Positions 54,201 through 64,000 of a DNA stretch of 64,000 nucleotides are shown one piece after another (position 1 is the first letter of the stretch; each line of letters starts with the position of its first letter). Source of the stretch: Phaeosaccion multiseriatum (Eukaryota > Protista > Ochrophyta, other classes); the NCBI GenBank assembly GCA_965112735.1, contig OZ218961.1:1426001-1490000 (forward strand). The letters run 5' to 3'. Both the position numbers and the translations under genes were made by a program. The notes beneath the pieces are model-generated. The model saw only the letters and a program-made list of their open reading frames with translations. It made no database searches and was not told the origin of the DNA.

Positions 54201-55677
54201 GGTGAGGGGTTTCTGGGGAGAGGGGGGGGGGAGGAGAGGAAAGGTGAGGGGTTTGGGGAGGTTCAGCATTCATTGCCGCAGATTGTCACTCCCTCACCTG
54301 GCCGATGCTGGCTGCGGCGAGGGGTGTCTCCTCGAAGTCTTGCAGCTTGCTCCTCCAGTCCTCCCCGAGGTTCTTGGCCAGTTGGTTGTGCAGCTGCCGG
54401 GGGGGCATCATATCCGCCCCTGCCCGTACACGCTCGAGAGCCTTGGCGAGCTGAGGGGGGATCACGCTCTCGTCCTGGGGGTGGGGACGGGGGTAGGGAG
54501 GAGACGGCCGCGGGTGAGAGACTAGGAGGGGATAACTCTTCTCTCTCCCTCCTTCACTTATGAATGATACGATGGTTGCTCAGGTTGCTCAGGGAAAAGG
54601 GGCAGTAAAATGGATAGATATTGCTGCCTACCTCCTTGCTGCTGTACTACGTCCCTCACTCTCCCACCCTCTCTTTCTTACTCTTGTCACTCTCGTAGGC
54701 CACCTTCCCCTGTCATGACCCACCTGTATGGACAGCATCTGCCCCAGCTTGAGGGCGGCCCCCCTCATCCTGCACAGAGACTCCGCCAGCCTTTCGGCGT
54801 TGGCGTCGCTCATCACGTACTTCTTCATGCCGCCCCCGCCCCCTCCCTGCCCGGCCTCGCTACTCCCTCTCAGGCCGTCCGGTCCCTGGCCTGATGATGA
54901 TCCTGAACCCATGCCCCTCCGCATTGCTTCCGCGACCGTTCCCACGGCGAGGCCTGCCGCCAGAGAGCCAAAGCCAAAGACCCGCGCCAGAGGAGAAGAA
55001 GGCACCGCCCTCGCTCGGCTGGAGCGTTGGGGTGTAGCGCTATCCGACGCTTCCTCATCGTCGGGGCTCGAGCTTGATGCCCAAGACGAGGAGCTACCCC
55101 TGGCTATTGGATCTACGGCCCTCGGCTGCTGTTGCTCTCTATTATTTTGTGGTGCCTGCCGTTCTTGTTCTCGCCCTGATGAGTTCTCTAGTCGAGTCCT
55201 ATATGCCGTGCCTTCTGCCTTGTCTTGCTCCTCCTCCAGTGATGCCACGAGGGGCGGCGGCGCCTGAGAGGGAAATCCTTGCTCGTTTGGCTGGAAAGAA
55301 GCCGCAGGAGAGACCTCATGTGTACTGCTGGCTCTACTACTGCTGCTGGCGGTCGTGTTTTCGGCCACTGCCTCCCCGCCCTCCCCCCTGCCCTCTCCTC
55401 CTCCCGAGAAGCCTTCGGATGACCTCCCTTCTCCCCCCGCTGCCGCTGCCGCTCCTCCGTTGGCGCCCGGAAAGCTAATCCCTCCTGCTGCTGCGCCTCC
55501 GGCCCTCCCCGCCACCTGCCTGGCAACGTGGGTCACGGAAGCCCCAATCTCTTGCCCATGTCTGGCAAAGCCCTGGGCCTTGGCTGCCGCCTCTCCCACC
55601 TGCGAGGAGCCGAGCTTCCTGAGAACCAGGGACAGGCCTTGCGCAACCTTGGCAAGGTCCTTCCCGCGGTGGCTCAT
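51218..55677 (-). CDS. COQ8: Atypical kinase COQ8/ADCK3 (ABC1 family), about 8 exons
   Basis: [100 protein letters not shown]. Confidence 0.94.
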
Positions 55678-56266
55678 GGCTTGCCCAGCACACCAAGGCC
55701 GCCAGAGGGTAAAAATAGGAAATGCGATGACTCAACGAGGGGAAAATCCAGTTTGAGTGCCAGGTCGATGGAATTCCCCTCCTTCCTTCCTCCCTTCCCT
55801 CCTCCCTTCCCTTCTCCTTCTCCATAGCAAGGTCTTTCTAGTCGACACAGAGAGCTGTGCTGGCAACGGGGGATGAGAAGAGAATTGAGATGGAGGAAAA
55901 TACTCGGTCAAAGTGGGTGATTTTTGTCTAATAATTGCCTCTTTTCGTCCCCCGCTCGCCCCCCACTTTCTGTGTCGACTAAAATAAGAGCACCTTTTGA
56001 TGTTCCATTTTGTAACGGGGATGCATGGGCCATCTCCGACGGGAACACTTGCCTTTGGGCCTCCACAGTTGTAGACCCACTCGAGTGGGAACTAAACTTG
56101 CGGTTTTAGGGTCACAACTTCCCTCCTTTTGTCTCTCCTTGCTGTCCCTTCCCATATACCACATCTCACTCGGCTGTAATGCATTACAAATAACGGCTCT
56201 TCTTATCGTGGCTGGTTGTTTACTTCTTCTATATGGCCCACAGCGCAATGCCTCAAGGCTCACAGC

Positions 56267-59200
56267 TCACTGCTGCCCCTGCTGCTGTGGCTGCTGCTGC
56301 TGCTGTGGCTGCTGCTGCTGCTGCTCCGTGCTCACGAGGATGGCACTGCGAAGCGGCAGAGGGGGGCGGGCCACACCCACCATCAATGTTGCCACGTGCT
56401 CTCCACCTCGACCAAAGACATAGCCGGCCTCTGCCACCAAGTGCCCTTGCACATTAGTCCCTTGGCCACTCACACTCCCGCCCACCCCCGCCCCCTCCCC
56501 GCCTCCTGCCCCTGCTCCCTCTTGCAGGCCTGCCTGCTGCCTCAGAGTGGGTGGCGGTCGGGTGGGGAGCAGAAGGGACTCGAGCTCGGTGCGGTACAGG
56601 TCCTGCGTGCAAGGGGGGGGGGAAGGCGGACAGTGATGAATACGATGCAATAACACTACATACACAATGCAAAATGCGATCGATCGTTTGATAGGCAACA
56701 AACAGTCCAAAGAGACTGGCAAAAGGCGCAAGGCCAAGAGGGTGACTTCTAACAGCCACACACTACGTACCTCCTGGTCTCCGTCCTCATACTCCACAAG
56801 GAAGAGTTCCTCCCCGGCGTGCGTGTCCCCGGCTGGGAAGTACTTCCTCACCACCCCCACGAAGCTTGCTGTCACTCCCCCTCCCTGCCCCTGCCCCTGC
56901 CCTTGTCCCTGCCCTCCCTGCCCCCCCCCCGCCACGAAGTCCTTGCGAAGTCTGCGGCCAACGAGCGGCGCCACCTTCCACTCGCGGTACTGGGGATCTG
57001 CCTTCCAGTGCCGGTAGAAGAAGGCGACGAGCTGTGGAGGGGAGGGGGGCGGTGCGGGATGGGGTGAGCGAGCGAGCGAGCGTGTGCGGCTTCTTTCTCC
57101 TCCTACTTGAATCCCCGAGGCTTCCTCCTCGGCCACTTCCCTCCACTTGCTTCACCTCTTTGCTTGCCTTCCTTGCTATATATAGAACTTGCCTGTCGAT
57201 GTGTCTTATGGGGTAGGAATTGGCTGCGAATTCTCGCAAAGCATCGCCGGAACTCAAATATGCCTTCCCGGAATCTCTCCCGGTCTTCGTCACTCCACGT
57301 GCTGTTACATTGGTTTATTCGTCATTCGAGTGGGGGGGGGGGATAGATGGTTGTTAGCTTAGGTAAGATTGGGTTAGGTTAAGGGTGCGTATCGGATTCA
57401 GGAGGAGCACCAATGACCAAAGCCACATTTCTTCTCTCCTCTCTCCTCTCCTGTTCCCGCGTCTCCTCTCCACCCCTTCTCCCTTCCCCTCTCCTTTCTT
57501 CTTTCATCCACTCCCCTCTCCTTTCTCATCCACTCCGCTCTCCTCCTCTCTCCTCCCCTCCCCTCCCCTCCTCTCTTCGTACCTGTTTTGCTCCTCCACA
57601 AGACCCGTCTCTTGTTGCAGGGACACTACCTGCCCTGTCCCCTCCCCCTCCCCATTCTCCCCCTTCTCCTCCTCCTCCTGCAGCTGCTGTATCACCAACT
57701 GCTGCTGCTGCTGCTCCTTGACGGAGAGAGCGGCGATGTGATGCCTCAGGAGCTGCGTCTCAGTCTCTGCCGAGCTTTGCATCACTGCGGCCTGGTTGGG
57801 TCCATGCAGCCCCCGTGCAGCATCGTTCTGTGCCCCTCCTTTTTCATTCGCTCCCTCCGCAGCAAGCCTGCGAGTGCCGACAAGAACAAGAACAACAAGA
57901 CAAAAGAAAAAGAAAAACAGAAGTCAACCTCTCGTGTACCTTTCGTGTGTGTACAAACAAAACAAACACCAAACACCAAACACGAGCAGCAGCAACACCA
58001 CGCACCCTGGGTCGTCATCGACACTTTCAGCATCATCATCATCATCATCATCATTTAGTCGAGGGTCCCACAGGAGCAGCGGCGGGGCGCGTTCGCCACG
58101 CTCCGACTCCCCTCTCTGCTGCAGGGGAGGGACATCGGCTTGGAAGGAGGGGCCCAAGCGGGGCTCGTCGGTACAGGCCTTTCCGCTGCTGTTGCTGTTC
58201 AGGGATACCTTTGGAGGGGAGGAAGGGGGAGAGGAGAGGGTCGGCAGGAGAATGGTGACGCCAAGCTTCTTGACCTCCCTCCCTCTCAACCCCCAAGTCG
58301 GCGGAAGAGAGGGAGAGGGAGAGGGAGAGACAAGAGAGAGGCAGAGATAAACACACACAGAGAGAAAGAGGGAGCCAGAAAACACAAGAAAGAGAGAGAG
58401 AGACAGAGAGAAGAGAGACAAGAAAGAGGGAGACAGAAAAGACAGAGAGAGATACAGAGAGAAGAGAGGCAAAGAGAGAGAGCAAGAGACAGAGACGTAC
58501 GCACCCTATGACCCGTGCTGGGCGGAGGCGAGCCCGAGCCCGGCGCTGTCATGAGCCCGGTGCTGACGAAACCGATGGTGGGGCGCGTGGAGAGCTGGAT
58601 ACCGCCAAGGCCCACCAGCCCACCCGCCCCCCCCGCCGCTACCGCCGCCGCGTTCGCCTTGGCAATCGCACTCGCACTCGCACCCAGGCCTACCGGACCA
58701 AGCCCACCAAGCCCGACACCACCATGCCCAGCACCAGCAAGCCCCCCTGCAGAGGCAGCAGAAGGGTGCCCCGAGAGGGCAGAGAGGCTAGAGAGGCTCG
58801 ACACAGAGCCCCCGGACCCCGCGCGGTGACGGCCCCCCTGGAACTGGCCGCCGTGGCTGTGTGGGTAGCAGAAGTGGGAGTGGGCCAAGCCCCCCCCGAA
58901 AAGACCGAGGCCGAGACCCAGACTGAGGCTGGAGGGGGGCTGTTGCGTCTCCGTGCCGCCGCCGCTGCTGCTGCTGTTGCTGCCCACGCTGCCCAGGCTT
59001 CCCATGCTGCTTCCGATGCTGCCGCTGCCGCCGGCGCTCTTCTCTCTTCCCCCGTGCTCTCCTATTCCACCTCCCGCTGCTGCTGCTGCTGCTGGTGCTG
59101 GTGGTGGCGGCGGTGCTGCTATCGGCCCGGACGGCCCGGGTGAGCCCATTAGACTAGCCATGGCTGCCTCCGTGTCGATGTGAGTGGGATGTGGGGGATG

Positions 59201-60433
59201 CAGGAAGTGTTCGTGTTGGTCCTCCATGCCCCCGCCCGCCGCCCCCGCGGTGGAAAACATGTGCTGAAGCGTATCTTCTTCGTCGCCGCTCCTCCCTTCC
59301 CCTATCAGCGTGTTGAGATTGCGAAACAGACCAGGGGCATTTACACTCTTGTCGCAGCTTTTGCTGCCGCCGCCGCCGCCGCCGCCGCCGCTGGGGCTGT
59401 TATCAATGCTGCTGCTGCTGCTGCCCCCCGTGCCGCAACCATTACTACCCAGCTTGGCGGGCGGGACGCTACTGGTCAGGGACACGGGGGAGCTCAGTCT
59501 ACGAGGGGGTGTCGCCAAGCTCACGCCGAATGAGGAGCCCTTTGTGCCTGGAGGAGAACCCTTCTTTGCCCCCATCAGCCCCCCTGCCGCTGCTGCTCCA
59601 CTTTTGCCGTGTACCTCCCCCCCAGAAGCCCCCTCTACAGAAGTTCGCATTCCCCCAGCTCTTGGCGCCGGAAAGAGGGACCGAGGAGGGGACAGCGCCA
59701 GCTTCCTCTTTCTGCTGTGGCTCGACCTGCTCTGAAGGGCGGAGGAGGGGGACTCCCAGCCTCTCGCCTTCCCTTCGAGCAAAGGAAGAGGAGAGGACAC
59801 TGCCTTTCGCGAGAGTATGTCCATGTGCGCGTCGTCTCCTTCGTCGTGAGCGTGAGGAGACTCGTACATCATTGGGTCGTCTTGCCTCTCCTCCACCACC
59901 ATGCCTTCCACCGTGTCTCTCTTGGGACTGCTGTGAGGCGGGAGGGGGGGGTCCGTCCCGCCGCCGACCGATGGCTCGAAGCGCTGCTCCTCCTCCTCCT
60001 CCTTCCCTTCCTCCTCTCTACCGCCGGGAAGAAGTCCTGGCGCCGACAAGGCCGCCTCTCCCCCTCCAACTTGCTTGACTATGTGGGAATTGCCGTTATC
60101 CCTCGGAGGAGATTCTTGACCGTGCGAGCTGTAGGGCAGCAGAAGCAGTGGAGGCTTCTCCTCACCCTCCAGGGTTTCTCCTACTGCAGCTTCTGCTGTT
60201 GCAGAAAGAGTGACGCCCTCGCCGTCACAAGGAGGGGCGCTCGCGGCCGATGATGGTGTTGCTGCAAGCAACGGGCCGCCCGCCTTCTGCAACTGTTGCT
60301 GACTTATTTCATTTTGCTGTTGCTGCTTCTGCTGCTGCTCGTGCTCCTGTTCGCGCACCACCGATCCCCCTGGCGACGTAAAAGGACTGCCAAGGGCCAC
60401 TGCTGGGGCACTCCACTCTAGTGAGTCCATCAT
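56267..60433 (-). CDS. ELM2-SANT chromatin co-repressor-like protein with C-terminal Tudor-like domain and long disordered N-terminus
   Basis: ELM2 motif EPRLGPSFQADVPP (~58.15 kb). SANT TWSDEDRERFREGIFEFRRCFARIRSQFLPHKTHRQ|LVAFFYRHWK. Then LVGRRLRKDF..FVGVVRKY..LFLVEYEDGDQE|DL (PTM/DIR17-like Tudor pattern). Confidence 0.72.
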
Positions 60434-60943
60434 AGGGGAGGAGAGAGAGAGAGAGGGAGAGAGGGAGAGAGGGGGAAAATCCACTCGCAATGAAAGCTGT
60501 GTGTGTATGTGTGTGTGTTGATGCCACTACTTCAATCCCCCCCTCTCCATCGCCGCTGCCGTTCTTGCCTCCGCATGGTCGGAAGCGGGGTCGGTACGAA
60601 GGGGGGGGGGGGGGAGCGAGCGTGGAGGGATTCTCAAGCCTAATCGCGCGTGCAAAATGCCCTGCCGTGAACTCTGCGTTGACCAATACACTTCTGTCGT
60701 ACTCCTGCTGTTGTAGTTGCTGTCCTCTCCTCCCTACAGGCACTTAGACCTTTTCCCCAGCTACAGCGAAGCCAACTGTGACTGGAAGACAACCAACTCG
60801 CATACTCACTACGTAATCTTATGCATTATTCTCCTTCCCCCCTCCACTTCTCTCTCTCTCTCTCTTTTTTGCTGTAGCCTTCCCGTCTTTTTTGTTGTCG
60901 TTGAGGGTGCTCCTACTGCTCTCTGCTGGTGGTGGTGGTCAAC

Positions 60944-62805
60944 ATGCTGACAGCGGGGGTGAGGGCGGCGTCGCGTCATGTCTGCAAGAGTAATCAGGCT
61001 CTGCAGTGGGGCGAGGCGCTGACTCGGAGGTCGGCCGTACGGAGCAGCTACGCGGCGGCACTTCCCCCGCAGCGAATGTCTTACACCTTCAGCGCCAATT
61101 CCGGTCGGGAACTCGCGGATACATGGCCATTGGCAAAGCGGAATACGGTCATCAACGTCTGTCCGCAGGTCGGAGCGTCTCGTTGGGGGGGAGGACGGGG
61201 AGGGGGGGGGCTTTCTTGTGTATTCTCCTTGGACATGAAGAGATAACAAGGGCCTTGGTAGGGGAATACAATGAGGAGTGTGGAGGGAAGAGGGAGCGGC
61301 CTCTTTCAACCCCGACGCATGGCGTTAAGAAACAAATGACGGCTACTCAAGAGCTCGCGGGAACAGACACTAATTTTAAAGGCTCCCACCCCTCCCACCT
61401 ACTCCCTCCCAAACAGGGTACTCTCATGATTGTGGAGCGGCTGGGTAAGCTGCACTCCATCGAGAAGCCGGGCTGGTTCATCGCCATACCTTTTGTGGAC
61501 CAAATTGCCTACATGGTGGACATGAGGGAGATGGCAGTCGAGATTTACCCACAGGCCTCCATCACAAAGGTAGGGAGGAGAGGGAGGGCATCGTTGTGCT
61601 GTGCGTGTGGTAGCCGTCCAACCGAAGAGACGAGACAGAGCTCACTCTCTTGTCTTCTCTTCTCTCTCTGTCCTCTCTCTCCCTCTCACTCTCTCGGTCT
61701 CTCTCTTTAAACTCATCCATCCCTGTCCCCCTACCCTCCCACAGGATAATGTCAGCGTCGACGTCAGCGGGAACGTATACGTGCAGTTCACCGACGCCGA
61801 GAAGGCAGCCTACGGCAACTTCAACCCGCTCTACGCCGTGCGACAACACGCCCAGTCAGCCATGCGCGCCGCCATCGGAGAGCTCGAGCTGGACGAGATT
61901 TTGCACGCCAGGAGTAAGCTCAACTCGATGATCCGGGGCAGTTTGCAGGAGGCGGCCGATGCGTGGGGGCTTGAGGTGAAGCGGTATGAGATCACAGAGG
62001 TGACGCCCGATGCGCAGATCCGGCACGCCATGGACAAGCAGGCAGCCGCGGAGAGAAACAGGTGCGGAGATATATACATGCATACCTACCTACCTGCATG
62101 TATATATACATACATGCATACATACATACATACATACATACATACATACATACATACATACATACATACATACATACATACATACATACATACATACCGA
62201 GGTACACCAAGGGCTCGACTGATGCACTCACTCACACTCTGGAAGCTCTCCAACCAACACATTTCCTTCAAAAGAAAACCCAATAACCGATTGTCTATTG
62301 TGCGTATGTCAATGAATCATCATCTCCACCATCCACCTCTAACACTGACAGGAGGGAGCTGGTGCTGACCGCGGAGGGTGAGAAGAAGGCCTTCACTCTC
62401 AAGTCCGAGGGAGTGAAAATCCAACTAATCAACGAGTCAGAGGGGCAGCTCATCCGGGTCAGAAACGAGGCTGAGGCCACCAAGCAGAAGCTCGAGAAGG
62501 AAGCGCAAGGGCAGGCGGCGGCGACGCTCGTAACGGCAGAGGCACAGGCCAAGAGCATCCGGCTTGTTGCTCAGGCCATGGCGGCGGAGGGGGGGGGGGA
62601 AGCAGCAAAGCTTGGGCTGGCACAGTCTTACGTGGAGATGTATGGGGAGATGGGGTCGAAGAGCAATACCATGTTGTTTAATGAGAGGCCTGGGGATGTC
62701 AACGCACTGATGGCCCAGGCGGCGACGGTTTTGTCGAGTGTGGCGGGGGGTGGTAAGGGGGAGGCTACGAAACTGCCGCCCGGTGCCGCTACAACGCAGA
62801 AGTGA
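60944..62805 (+). CDS. STOML2: Stomatin-like protein 2 (SPFH/band-7), mitochondrial, 4 exons
   Basis: NTVINVCPQ|..IVERLGKLHSIEKPG..IPFVDQIAY, ITK|DNVSV, AQSAMRAAIG, WGLEVKRYEI, AMDKQAAAER. Presequence-like N-terminus. Confidence 0.9.
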
Positions 62806-63380
62806 AGCAAGTAGCAAAGGAGTTGATGGATGGAATCAACAAGAACAGATCACCACAGTTATTGAAGAAAAAGGGAGTACCCCTCTTGATTCCTTCGCCC
62901 CATGCTGAGGCTGCACACCAAGCTCTTCTTTACCTTCATTACCTCACGAGCTCAAAAGTACGTTAAGTTGACCTGGGCAACTCGCGGGACTCAGCGCGTT
63001 TAGTGCTGTGGGCGATGGATGTCCTCGTGTGGACGGGGATGGCAGAGACTTCTCACAGATGTCAGATGTCTCCACAGCCCCGAACCTTAGCATGTACAAT
63101 TCTGCATGTGTCTCGCCTGCCTCTGCCAAAGCTGGTGGGATATTGATCGCTATCCCCCCCCCCTCTTGAATTAGAAATTTCAGTTTCAGTTTGGCGAATC
63201 GATATTAAAATCGATGTAATCGAGAAACTGTTACGGATCAGCAAAAAAAAGGTACAACGAGTGCTCTCCTCTCTCTGTCGCTCACCCTCACAGCTGAGGG
63301 TGCAGCGTGGCGCTCCAGCAGGAGCAGAGACAAGAGGAGCTAGGAGGAGGAGAGAGAGAGAAGAGAGCGAGGTGTTGGCC

Positions 63381-64000
63381 ATGGCAAGCCGAGGTCGAAA
63401 GGCGGGGGCAGGAGGGGCGGCTTCGCACTCCGCCACCCCTCTCGGTAGCTGCAGGTCCAACCCTTCGCAGTCCACTGCTTCCCTGGACGCGTTTTACTGG
63501 TCCGATGAGATGATTGCAGAGGCTGCCAGCAGCAGTGAGGTCGGGGGCTCCACCCCTCAAAGCATTGCGAGGAACTCGAACGGCAGCAGCGGCAGTATTC
63601 GCAAGGCAAACTCGGGCGGGGCAGCGGGGGGAGGAGTGGCGTATAGTAGCAGTAGCTCGAACCTGACAGGCAGAGTCAGTGCGGGCGGGACTGGGGGAAG
63701 GAAGGTGAGCAGAGGCGGCAGCAGCGAGCGAGTTCCAGGCAAGGCTCCGCCTGTTGGGGCGCCCCCCGCCAAGCTTCGCAAGAGCAAGCCGGATCAGGTG
63801 TCACCCGAGGCATTGTACAGAAAGAGGAAGATACGCGAAGGGGTGAGTAGTGTAGTTGTACAGGGAGGGTGGGCATAGAGGATTTGGTTTGTCACTAACA
63901 ATGCTGCCGTGCTGTTTCTGCTTCTGCTGCCTCTGCTTCTGCCCCTCCCCTCTCCGTTTTTCTTCTTGCACAGGACTTATCATGGGCACTCAACGAAGTA
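63381..64000 (+). CDS. Hypothetical protein, 3'-truncated (exon 63381-63842, intron to 63973, next exon runs off the window)
   Basis: ORF from MASRGRK. Canonical GTGAGT donor and pyrimidine-rich CACAG acceptor. No recognisable domain. Confidence 0.55.

Overview
This is eukaryotic, GC-rich, intron-rich nuclear DNA. A DGDG synthase plus the gene set suggests a photosynthetic stramenopile-like alga; the taxon is inferred, not proven. I find about 15 spliced protein-coding genes: MnmA/TRMU (5'-truncated); a giant ~30 kb, ~40-exon minus-strand gene for a ~5,000-aa protein with ~17 C2 domains, EF-hands and a SAM domain; BUD22/SRFBP1-like; a WW protein; an LC8-family dynein light chain; ABCF2; a RanBP2-type zinc finger protein; a putative GPI-anchored protein; a COMMD protein; a CS-domain protein; DGDG synthase; COQ8; an ELM2-SANT-Tudor-like protein; SLP-2; and a 3'-truncated unknown gene. 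Most long ORFs in the supplied track are microsatellite artefacts. The most striking unexplained signal is a dispersed word, CAG-TTGGTGATA-CAG (core AGTTGGTGATAC). It occurs 16 times exactly, plus about 5 variants, in exons (in two different reading frames), introns and a 3' flank, with opposite orientation bias in exons versus introns. Two further dispersed words (CCATCCACTGCCATC and GGCATATGGGCA) and a ~170-bp MITE-like element are also present. Exon boundaries were read by eye and are approximate unless stated.
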